Translations under genes and position numbers: made by a program
Origin: an uncultured Planctomycetales bacterium
GTDB taxonomy: Bacteria > Omnitrophota > Gorgyraeia > Gygaellales > Profunditerraquicolaceae
DNA: 64,000 nucleotides
NCBI GenBank assembly: GCA_964542785.1
Contig: CAZIUK010000004.1
Coordinates: 3,691-67,690 of the forward strand
Direction: 5' to 3'
In this document: positions 57,463 through 64,000 of the stretch, piece after piece
How the letters are laid out: each line of letters begins with the position of its first letter
How positions within the stretch are numbered: position 1 is the first letter of the stretch
The notes under the pieces: generated by a model
What the model was told of the DNA's origin: nothing
The model's database searches: none
Seen by the model: only the letters and a program-made list of their open reading frames with translations

Positions 57463-60245
57463 TGGATTATAAAAATACGCTTAATCTCCCCAAAACTGCT
57501 TTTCCGATGAAGGCGAACCTGCCTCAGCGGGAGCCTTTAATTTTAAAAGAGTGGGAGGATAAGGATATCTATAAGTCTATCCGTAAGAAGTCTGAAGGCA
57601 AGCCTAAATACGTGCTTCATGACGGGCCTCCTTATGCCAATGGGGATATACATATCGGGCATGCCTTAAATAAGGCATTAAAGGATATTGTAATTAAGTA
57701 TAAGACAATGCGCGGGTTTGATTCTCCTTTTGTCCCAGGGTGGGATTGCCATGGGCTGCCTATTGAGCACCAGCTCTTTAAGGAGTTAAAGATTAGTAAG
57801 TATCAGATAAGCCAAGTTGATTTTAGAAAGAAAGCCTATGACTATGCTTTAAGTTATGTTTCAAGGCAGAGAGAACAGTTTAAGCGTTTAGGGGTATTTG
57901 CGCAATGGGACAAGCCGTATCTTACCTTAAATCAGGGGTATGAGCAGAGCATACTTGAGGTCTTTAAGGACTTAGCCAAGGCAGGGTATGTTTATCGTGG
58001 ACTTAAGCCGGTGAACTGGTGTTTTAGGTGTGAGACTGCCTTAGCAGAGGCAGAGATAGAGTATGCGGAGCATACTTCCCCGTCGGTATTTGTCAAGTTT
58101 AGGATTGCCTCCAAGGGAGATTTCCAAAACTCATTCTTAGTTATCTGGACAACTACCCCTTGGACGCTCGTAGCCAATGTAGCCGTAGCCGCGCACAAGG
58201 AATTTGTTTATCTTTTAACCGATACTGAAAAGGGAAAACTCCTTATCGCCAAAAGCCTATTAGGGAAGGTTTTAGAGGGCTTGGGGATAGAAAAATATGA
58301 AGTTATCCGAGAGGTAAACGGCAAGGAGCTAGAGGGTTTAACTTACGAGCATCCCTTTCTCTTAAGGGGTGGAAGCGTAGTCCTTGCTGATTATGTTTCG
58401 CAGGAGGAGGGGACAGGACTGGTGCATATTGCCCCGGGGCATGGGAACGAAGATTATATAGTAGGCTTAAAGTATAAATTAGATGTAATCATGCCTGTAG
58501 ATAACAAGGGAAACTTTGATTCTTCCGCCGGAGAGTTTGCGGGGATAAATTGCCTAAATGCCAATAAGCTCATTATAGATAAACTCTCTTCTTTAGACTC
58601 ACTCCTTGCGAGTTTAGATATTCAACACTCTTATCCTTATTGTTGGCGTTGTAGAAGCCCGATAATCTTCCGCGCCACAAAGCAGTGGTTTTTAAACTTA
58701 GAGCATGAAGGTTTAAAGAAGAGGCTTGCTAAGATTATTAAAGAAGATGTTACCTGGATACCTGATAGCGGTATGGAGAGGATCTTGGGGATGGTGGAGC
58801 TTCGCCCTGATTGGTGCCTCTCACGGCAGAGGTATTGGGGCGTTCCTATACCGGCATTAGTCTGCAATGATTGCCATGAGGAGTTCTTAGAGGTAAAGGT
58901 AATTGAGAAGTTAATAGAGTTTACTAAAGAGAGCGGAACAGACTCTTGGTTTTTAAAAGGTATAAAGGAGTTTTTACCCGAAGGGTTTGTTTGCCCTTAC
59001 TGCAAGAGTAGTAGTATTTCTAAAGGTTCAGATATATTGGATGTATGGTTTGATTCCGGGGTGAGTGCTCAGGCAGTCTTAAAGAAAGAAGAGGGCTTAG
59101 AGTTTCCTGCTTCTTTATATTTAGAAGGTTCAGATCAACATCGTGGATGGTTTCAGTCATCTTTAATCCCGTCTGTTTGCATTGAAGGCAAAGCCCCTTT
59201 TAAAAGCGTTTTAACCCATGGATTTGTCGTTGACGGGGACGGCAGGAAGATGTCTAAGTCTCAAGGGAATGTGGTTTCTCCTTTTGATATAATCAAAGAT
59301 TACGGAGCGGATATTTTAAGGCTTTGGGTCGCCTCAAGTGACTATAACGAGGATATAAGGATATCAAAAGAGATACTGCAACGTTTATCCGAGGCGTATA
59401 GAAAGATAAGGAATACCGCCCGTTTTATCTTAAGTAATCTCTATGACTTTAATCCGGATAAGGATAGTTTAAGCGTTCAACAGTTAAAAAGCATAGATAG
59501 GTGGATACTGGGGAGGTTAGGGGTTGCTTTAGGCTTGATTACTGAAGCGTATGAGTCTTTTCATTTTTATAGAGCGTATAAGGAATTGTATGATTTTTGT
59601 AATGAAGAGCTGTCTATGTATTACCTTGATATGGTTAAAGGCAGGCTATATACTTATCCGGCAAATTCTTATGAAAGGCGCTCTGCTCAGACGGCAATCT
59701 ATATTCTATTGGGTTCTTTGGTGAGGGTGATGGCGCCGATACTTACCTTTACCTCAGAAGAGATTTGGAAGGAGTTTCCAAAGAGTGTTAAGGATGTTTC
59801 TATAACTAGCGTACACCTTTTGGCTTGGCCTCAAGTAAATTTTAAAGAAGAAGATAGGTTGGATTTAGTTATGAGCCTTATCCCTGAGGTAGCAAAGAGG
59901 TTAGAGGAGGTGCGCGTAAGCGGAAAGATAGGCAGCTCATTTGATGCACAAATAAATGTGTTGACAAATAACCAAAATCGGTATAATTTTTTAGCGAGGT
60001 TAAAAGACGAGCTACCAGAGGTATTTAAGGTTTCTTCTGTTTCGGTTGAAAGGGTAGATGTTTTATCTAGTGGCAGTATTATTAAAGATTGTCCGGATAT
60101 TGCGTTGGTAGTAAAAAATGCCGAAGGAATTAAATGCATTCGCTGTTGGAATTATAGCTTAACAGTAGGAAGTTTGAAAGAGCATCCTTTAATCTGCTCA
60201 AAGTGCAAGGAGGCTGTTCTAGAGAGGGGTGAGCAAGGTGGGTAA
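57462..60245 (+). CDS. ileS: isoleucine--tRNA ligase
   Basis: HIGH (HIGHALNK) and KMSKS motifs, CP1 editing domain, and C-terminal zinc fingers (CxxC...CxxC). Confidence 0.9.
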   Translation: MDYKNTLNLPKTAFPMKANLPQREPLILKEWEDKDIYKSIRKKSEGKPKYVLHDGPPYANGDIHIGHALNKALKDIVIKYKTMRGFDSPFVPGWDCHGLPIEHQLFKELKISKYQISQVDFRKKAYDYALSYVSRQREQFKRLGVFAQWDKPYLTLNQGYEQSILEVFKDLAKAGYVYRGLKPVNWCFRCETALAEAEIEYAEHTSPSVFVKFRIASKGDFQNSFLVIWTTTPWTLVANVAVAAHKEFVYLLTDTEKGKLLIAKSLLGKVLEGLGIEKYEVIREVNGKELEGLTYEHPFLLRGGSVVLADYVSQEEGTGLVHIAPGHGNEDYIVGLKYKLDVIMPVDNKGNFDSSAGEFAGINCLNANKLIIDKLSSLDSLLASLDIQHSYPYCWRCRSPIIFRATKQWFLNLEHEGLKKRLAKIIKEDVTWIPDSGMERILGMVELRPDWCLSRQRYWGVPIPALVCNDCHEEFLEVKVIEKLIEFTKESGTDSWFLKGIKEFLPEGFVCPYCKSSSISKGSDILDVWFDSGVSAQAVLKKEEGLEFPASLYLEGSDQHRGWFQSSLIPSVCIEGKAPFKSVLTHGFVVDGDGRKMSKSQGNVVSPFDIIKDYGADILRLWVASSDYNEDIRISKEILQRLSEAYRKIRNTARFILSNLYDFNPDKDSLSVQQLKSIDRWILGRLGVALGLITEAYESFHFYRAYKELYDFCNEELSMYYLDMVKGRLYTYPANSYERRSAQTAIYILLGSLVRVMAPILTFTSEEIWKEFPKSVKDVSITSVHLLAWPQVNFKEEDRLDLVMSLIPEVAKRLEEVRVSGKIGSSFDAQINVLTNNQNRYNFLARLKDELPEVFKVSSVSVERVDVLSSGSIIKDCPDIALVVKNAEGIKCIRCWNYSLTVGSLKEHPLICSKCKEAVLERGEQGG

Positions 60246-60630
60246 ACTAAAGAAAGGCCTGACTAAAAAAGAGCTTTTAGTTTTTAAAAAGGTTATACTT
60301 AAACATATAGAAGAGATTATAGATGGGATTAAACGCATCTCCGAAGATACTTTAAAAAAGTCACAGAAAGAAGCATCCGGAGATATATCCGGATACAGTT
60401 ATCATATGGCAGATGTTGCCACGGACAACTATGACCGTGAGTTTTCCTTAGGGTTAGCCTCTAAGGACCGCAAGGCCCTATACGAACTTGAAGATGCCTT
60501 AAAAAGGGTAGAGGATGGAACGTACGGGATATGCCAAGAGTGTAAAGACTCTATTGCCAAGGCAAGGCTTAAGGCAGTCCCTCAGGCGCGCTTCTGCGTT
60601 AAATGCCAAGAGAAAAAGGAAAAAAGGTAG
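60229..60630 (+). CDS. DksA/TraR-family C4-type zinc-finger protein (YlyA/YteA-like)
   Basis: C-terminal CQECKDSI...CVKCQ zinc finger. Its position ileS-dksA-like-lspA-rluD mirrors the Bacillus ileS-ylyA-lspA-rluD order. Confidence 0.7.
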   Translation: MSKVGKLKKGLTKKELLVFKKVILKHIEEIIDGIKRISEDTLKKSQKEASGDISGYSYHMADVATDNYDREFSLGLASKDRKALYELEDALKRVEDGTYGICQECKDSIAKARLKAVPQARFCVKCQEKKEKR

Positions 60631-60645
60631 TATTATCTTCTCTCG

Positions 60646-61086
60646 ATGGTTTTATCCGTTGTTTTTTTAGTTCTTTTATCAGATCAATTAACAAAGTTTT
60701 TTATTACAAGAAATCTTACCCTGCATGAATCTATCCCCCTAATTAAGGGGGTATTAAGCCTGACCTTGGTTCATAACCGCGGGGCAGCCTTTGGCATATT
60801 CAAGGGGCAGTTCTATTTATTTGTTTTTATATCCGTCGCTACCATCATTATTATTTACTTTATCCTTCGTAAGAATAAGGAGAGGGCAGTTTTTTCTTTA
60901 TCCTTAAGCATGATTTTAGGCGGTGCCTTAGGAAATCTTATTGACCGGTTAACCTTAGGCTATGTTGTTGATTTTCTGGATTTTCACTTTTGGCCGGTAT
61001 TTAACATAGCTGATAGCGCTATAACCATTGGTGCTATAATCTTAGGCTGGCTTGTTTTTAAGCCCGTAAATAAAAATGTACCCTAA
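60646..61086 (+). CDS. lspA: lipoprotein signal peptidase II
   Basis: LspA motifs (NRGAAFG, FNIADSAI) in a four-TM protein. Confidence 0.8.
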   Translation: MVLSVVFLVLLSDQLTKFFITRNLTLHESIPLIKGVLSLTLVHNRGAAFGIFKGQFYLFVFISVATIIIIYFILRKNKERAVFSLSLSMILGGALGNLIDRLTLGYVVDFLDFHFWPVFNIADSAITIGAIILGWLVFKPVNKNVP

Positions 61087-61825
61087 ACTTTGTTCGTTAG
61101 GTCTTATTTCGATTTATTCTTACGGAGCGGCTTTAGCAATTGCTTTTATAGTTGCGGTTGCCCTTGCCTCTTCAGAGGCAAAGAGGCGGGGGATAGATTC
61201 TGATTTTATCTTTAACCTAAGCTTTGCCGTACTTGTCTTTGGGATTATCGGAGCGCGTTTTTTTTATGTCTTTTCAAATTTAGGGTATTACCTTAAAAAC
61301 CCCTTGGAGATAATCATGTTGCCTCACGGGGGGATGTCTTGGTTCGGAGGATTTTTCTTAGGCCTTGCTTCAGGCGTTATTTTATTAAAGAAGAGGAAGG
61401 AAGAGGTCTATAGGATATTGGATTTAATTGCTCCTTTTTTGGCGTTAGCCCAGTCCTTAGGCAGGATAGGTTGCTTTTTAAATGGCTGTTGTTTTGGCAG
61501 GGAATCTTCTTACGGGATTTATTTTCCCCTCCATGAAAAAATACTTATTCCAACGCAGATCTACTCTTCGTTGCTTCTGCTTATGATTTTTATCATCTTA
61601 AGGTTTATACAGGATAGAAGCCAGAGGTTAGGAGTTGTCTTTTATTCGTATGTATTTCTTTATTCCATAAAAAGGTTTTTTATTGAATTCTTTCGCGCAG
61701 ATAACAGCAGGATAATTTTTAACCTTACCCTTTTTCAGCTTATATGCATACCTCTTTTTTTCTTTGCGCTTTTTAAGCTCGTAGCTTTATTGAAGCCGCA
61801 GAAAAAACAGAATGAAGGAATATAA
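61076..61825 (+). CDS. lgt: prolipoprotein diacylglyceryl transferase
   Basis: Polytopic Lgt family sequence with G-rich signature region (HGGMSWFGG). Confidence 0.75.
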   Translation: MYPKLCSLGLISIYSYGAALAIAFIVAVALASSEAKRRGIDSDFIFNLSFAVLVFGIIGARFFYVFSNLGYYLKNPLEIIMLPHGGMSWFGGFFLGLASGVILLKKRKEEVYRILDLIAPFLALAQSLGRIGCFLNGCCFGRESSYGIYFPLHEKILIPTQIYSSLLLLMIFIILRFIQDRSQRLGVVFYSYVFLYSIKRFFIEFFRADNSRIIFNLTLFQLICIPLFFFALFKLVALLKPQKKQNEGI

Positions 61826-62720
61826 TTTTATAGCCCAGCCTGGCCTTAATAAATTAAGGCTGGATTTATTATTAAGCAATTTCTCTAAGGAGAATAAGCT
61901 AGGCATTTCCCGTACCCTGATAAAAGAGATTATACTTAAAGGCAATGTTTGTATTTCAGGAAGGGTAGTTAAAAAACCTAATACCAAGGTTAATGAGAAA
62001 GAGAGGGTAAGCTTCTTCTTAGAGGAGAAAAGGCCTGATTCTATAAAGGCGGAGGATATTAAGCTTGATATAATCTATGAGGATGATTCTCTTGCGGTCA
62101 TTAATAAACCTTCAGGTATGGTAGTCCATCCTGCTCCCGGGAATTATGAGCATACATTGGTAAATGCTATAAAGAATATATTTACCTCCCTTTCAGATAT
62201 TAACCCAGCTAGGCCCGGTATCGTCCATCGGTTGGACAAGGAGACCTCAGGCCTTTTGATTATTGCCAAAGATAACCAGAGCCATTTAGAGTTGGCAAGC
62301 CAGTTTGCAAAGCATAAAATAGAAAGAGAGTATATCGCCATAGTTAAAGGGAGGGTGGAGTTTGATGAAGGGGTGATTGAAGTTCCTATCGCAAGGGACG
62401 AATATAAGAGGAAGAATATGTCCGTTAATTTTTCCGTCAAGTCCAAAGAGGCAAAGACTTATTATCGCACCTTAAAGCGCTTTGAAGATTTTAGCCTTTT
62501 AAGCCTTAAGCCTATTACTGGCAGGACGCATCAGTTAAGAGTCCATCTTGATTTTATCGGGCATCCTATACTTGGGGATAGCAAGTATGGAAAAAATAAT
62601 AAGTTTACCAGGTTAGCCTTGCATGCAAAGAGGCTTAAATTTATCCACCCTAAGACAGGAAAACTATTAGAGTTTTCTATATCTCTTCCCGAAGAATTTC
62701 AGGCGTTATCTACTAAATAA
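61812..62720 (+). CDS. rluD: RluA-family 23S rRNA pseudouridine synthase (RluD-like) with S4 domain
   Basis: Catalytic HRLDKETSGLL motif and N-terminal S4-like domain. Confidence 0.8.
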   Translation: MKEYNFIAQPGLNKLRLDLLLSNFSKENKLGISRTLIKEIILKGNVCISGRVVKKPNTKVNEKERVSFFLEEKRPDSIKAEDIKLDIIYEDDSLAVINKPSGMVVHPAPGNYEHTLVNAIKNIFTSLSDINPARPGIVHRLDKETSGLLIIAKDNQSHLELASQFAKHKIEREYIAIVKGRVEFDEGVIEVPIARDEYKRKNMSVNFSVKSKEAKTYYRTLKRFEDFSLLSLKPITGRTHQLRVHLDFIGHPILGDSKYGKNNKFTRLALHAKRLKFIHPKTGKLLEFSISLPEEFQALSTK

Positions 62721-62780
62721 ATCTTGATTTTTTGAGTAGTAGTGGTATATTAGAACAAATATATTTATAAAGGAGGAGGT

Positions 62781-63560
62781 ATGAATACCAAAGGGAAAGC
62801 GTCCGGAGTTATCTTTGTTTTGATTATTTTAGTCCTTCTTCTTCTTGCGGCAACAGGCTTTTATTTATATAACCAAGAGCATATCAAGAATATAAATTTA
62901 GAAGAGAGGATAGAAGAATTAAATGCTAAATATAAGATAGGAGAGGCCAAACTATTGGAGGCTCAAAAGGTGCTTGCCTCTTTAGAAGAAAAGCTTAAGG
63001 AATCCGATAACCGCATTGCTGAATTAAGGGGCGAATTAGAGGAAGAAAGGGCTGCCAAAGAGAGTGTTTTTTCTGATCTTGAACAAATTAACTCTGACTT
63101 AGAAGAGCAGAAAGAATTGCGTTCTAAATTGGAGCTTGAATTAGAGAAGGCAACTAATGAGTTGAGGCTTACCCAGGATAGATTGGTTTCTTTAGAGTCA
63201 GAAAAAAGAGATTTAGAGGCTGAAGCTATAGATAAAGATGTTTCCGGGGTTGAGTTGGGTAAGATTGTGGTAAAGGATGACATAGCGGTTAAGGCAGAAG
63301 ATCAAAAAGTTTCTTCTTCATCGCCTCAATTAGAAGGCAAGATATTAGTTTTGAATAAAGAGTATGATTTTGCAGTAATAAATTTAGGAAGTAGAGATGG
63401 GGTAGCCTTGGGGCAGTTATTTTCTATTTACAGGGGGGAAAACTATTTAGGAGATATAAAAGTAGAAAAACTTCATGATTCCATGGCCGCTGCAGGGTTT
63501 CTCGTTGAGGGTGTAAAGAATAAAGTAAGAGAAGGTGATAGGGTAGTAAAAAAAGCTTAA
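62781..63560 (+). CDS. hypothetical membrane-anchored coiled-coil protein with small C-terminal beta domain
   Basis: N-terminal transmembrane helix, about 120 aa of heptad-repeat E/K/L-rich sequence, and a C-terminal approx. 80-aa domain (KEYDFAVINLGSRDGVALGQLFSIYR). Confidence 0.5.
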   Translation: MNTKGKASGVIFVLIILVLLLLAATGFYLYNQEHIKNINLEERIEELNAKYKIGEAKLLEAQKVLASLEEKLKESDNRIAELRGELEEERAAKESVFSDLEQINSDLEEQKELRSKLELELEKATNELRLTQDRLVSLESEKRDLEAEAIDKDVSGVELGKIVVKDDIAVKAEDQKVSSSSPQLEGKILVLNKEYDFAVINLGSRDGVALGQLFSIYRGENYLGDIKVEKLHDSMAAAGFLVEGVKNKVREGDRVVKKA

Positions 63561-64000
63561 ATGAAGTTTCATGATATCCTCCCTGCTATTAACCTAAAAG
63601 GCAGTATTGCCCTTCCTGGGGATAAATCTATTTCCCACCGTGCGCTTATACTAAGCGCACTATCTTGCCAACCTACAAAGATATATAACCTTCCGGATAG
63701 CGAAGATGTAAATTCAACAGTCTCTGTTTTAACAAAGTTAGGGGTTAAGATAAGAAGGCCTAAGTTAACCGAGGCAATTATCTATGGTAGAGGTTTAAGT
63801 AGTTTAGCTGCTCCTCAAGAGGATATTTATATAAAGGAGTCAGGGACTACCTTTAGGATTTTGTTAGGCTTGTTAGCAGGGCAGGATTTTGGGGTAAGGC
63901 TTTTGGCTGGAGAGCAGCTTTCTAAAAGGCCGATGCTCAGAGTTACCTCTCTTCTAAGGCAGATGGGCGCTCTTATAGAGGCAAGGAGAATAAATAGTGA
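63561..64000 (+). CDS. aroA: 3-phosphoshikimate 1-carboxyvinyltransferase (EPSP synthase), 3' end beyond window
   Basis: N-terminal LPGDKSISHRALIL motif. The frame runs open to the window end, and the gene is absent from the ORF track because it has no stop within the window. Confidence 0.85.
   Translation, partial: MKFHDILPAINLKGSIALPGDKSISHRALILSALSCQPTKIYNLPDSEDVNSTVSVLTKLGVKIRRPKLTEAIIYGRGLSSLAAPQEDIYIKESGTTFRILLGLLAGQDFGVRLLAGEQLSKRPMLRVTSLLRQMGALIEARRINS

Noticed and set aside
480-63283. Antisense or overlapping ORFs inside known genes
   Set aside because: Examples are 480-749-, 4229-4873-, 6266-6538-, 15853-16122-, 18614-18910-, 27305-27586-, 52358-52675- and 62963-63283-. All lie within, opposite to, or out of frame with strongly supported conserved genes, and their translations are low-complexity. 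They were treated as non-coding.
1-64000. CRISPR arrays, large tandem repeats, IS elements
   Set aside because: No regularly spaced direct repeats, no terminal inverted repeats flanking a transposase-like ORF, and no cas-like genes were seen anywhere in the window.

Overview
This 64 kb window is almost entirely conserved housekeeping genes on the + strand. The genome is low-GC (roughly 40%) and most likely from an uncultivated bacterial lineage.

Left to right, the main content is:
- The 3' part of an AmmeMemoRadiSam radical-SAM gene, cut by the window start.
- A convergent fused membrane/spermidine-synthase-like gene.
- tRNA-Arg(ACG), tadA, tRNA-Ser(GCT), dnaX, recR and an ABC-F ATPase.
- tRNA-Asn(GTT) followed by a terminator.
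- A short atypical segment (8.2-10.9 kb): a minus-strand SAM methyltransferase, a Cys-rich secreted protein, about 640 bp with no ORFs, and an unlisted 48-aa zinc-ribbon ORF.
- rsfS, argS, recJ, rpmB (minus strand), a UvrD-type helicase fused to a Cas4/AddB-like Fe-S nuclease, an unlisted 54-aa PC4/YdbC-like ORF, rpsO, pnp, ftsK, a RodZ-like gene, rimO, pgsA, pgpA and a CinA C-domain gene (minus strand).
- An FMN riboswitch driving a tightly coupled ribBA-ribH-nusB-PHP phosphoesterase-ribD-ribE operon.
- tRNA-Pro(CGG), ligA, a lipoprotein, an MBL-fold hydrolase, a Xer recombinase, cca, rbfA, nrnA and ribF.
- A complete division and cell-wall cluster (mraZ with upstream MraZ boxes, rsmH, ftsL, ftsI, murE, murF, mraY, murD, ftsW, murG, murC, murB, ddl, ftsQ, ftsA). 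It ends at ftsA with no ftsZ and runs straight into yggS-proC-mtnP-ileS-dksA-like-lspA-lgt-rluD.
- A membrane-anchored coiled-coil protein and the 5' part of aroA, cut by the window end.

No CRISPR array, integrase, transposase or recognisable defence system was seen.

The most testable new hypothesis is that the PHP-family phosphoesterase inside the FMN-riboswitch-controlled rib operon is the unidentified 5-amino-6-ribitylaminouracil-5'-phosphate (ARPP) phosphatase of riboflavin biosynthesis. The other points worth a second look are:
- ftsZ is missing from its canonical slot after ftsA.
- A small atypical segment sits next to tRNA-Asn, with an unexplained 640-bp ORF-free stretch.
- Two ORFs under 60 aa are absent from the supplied track.
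- An A-run in dnaX is followed by a -1-frame stop after three codons.
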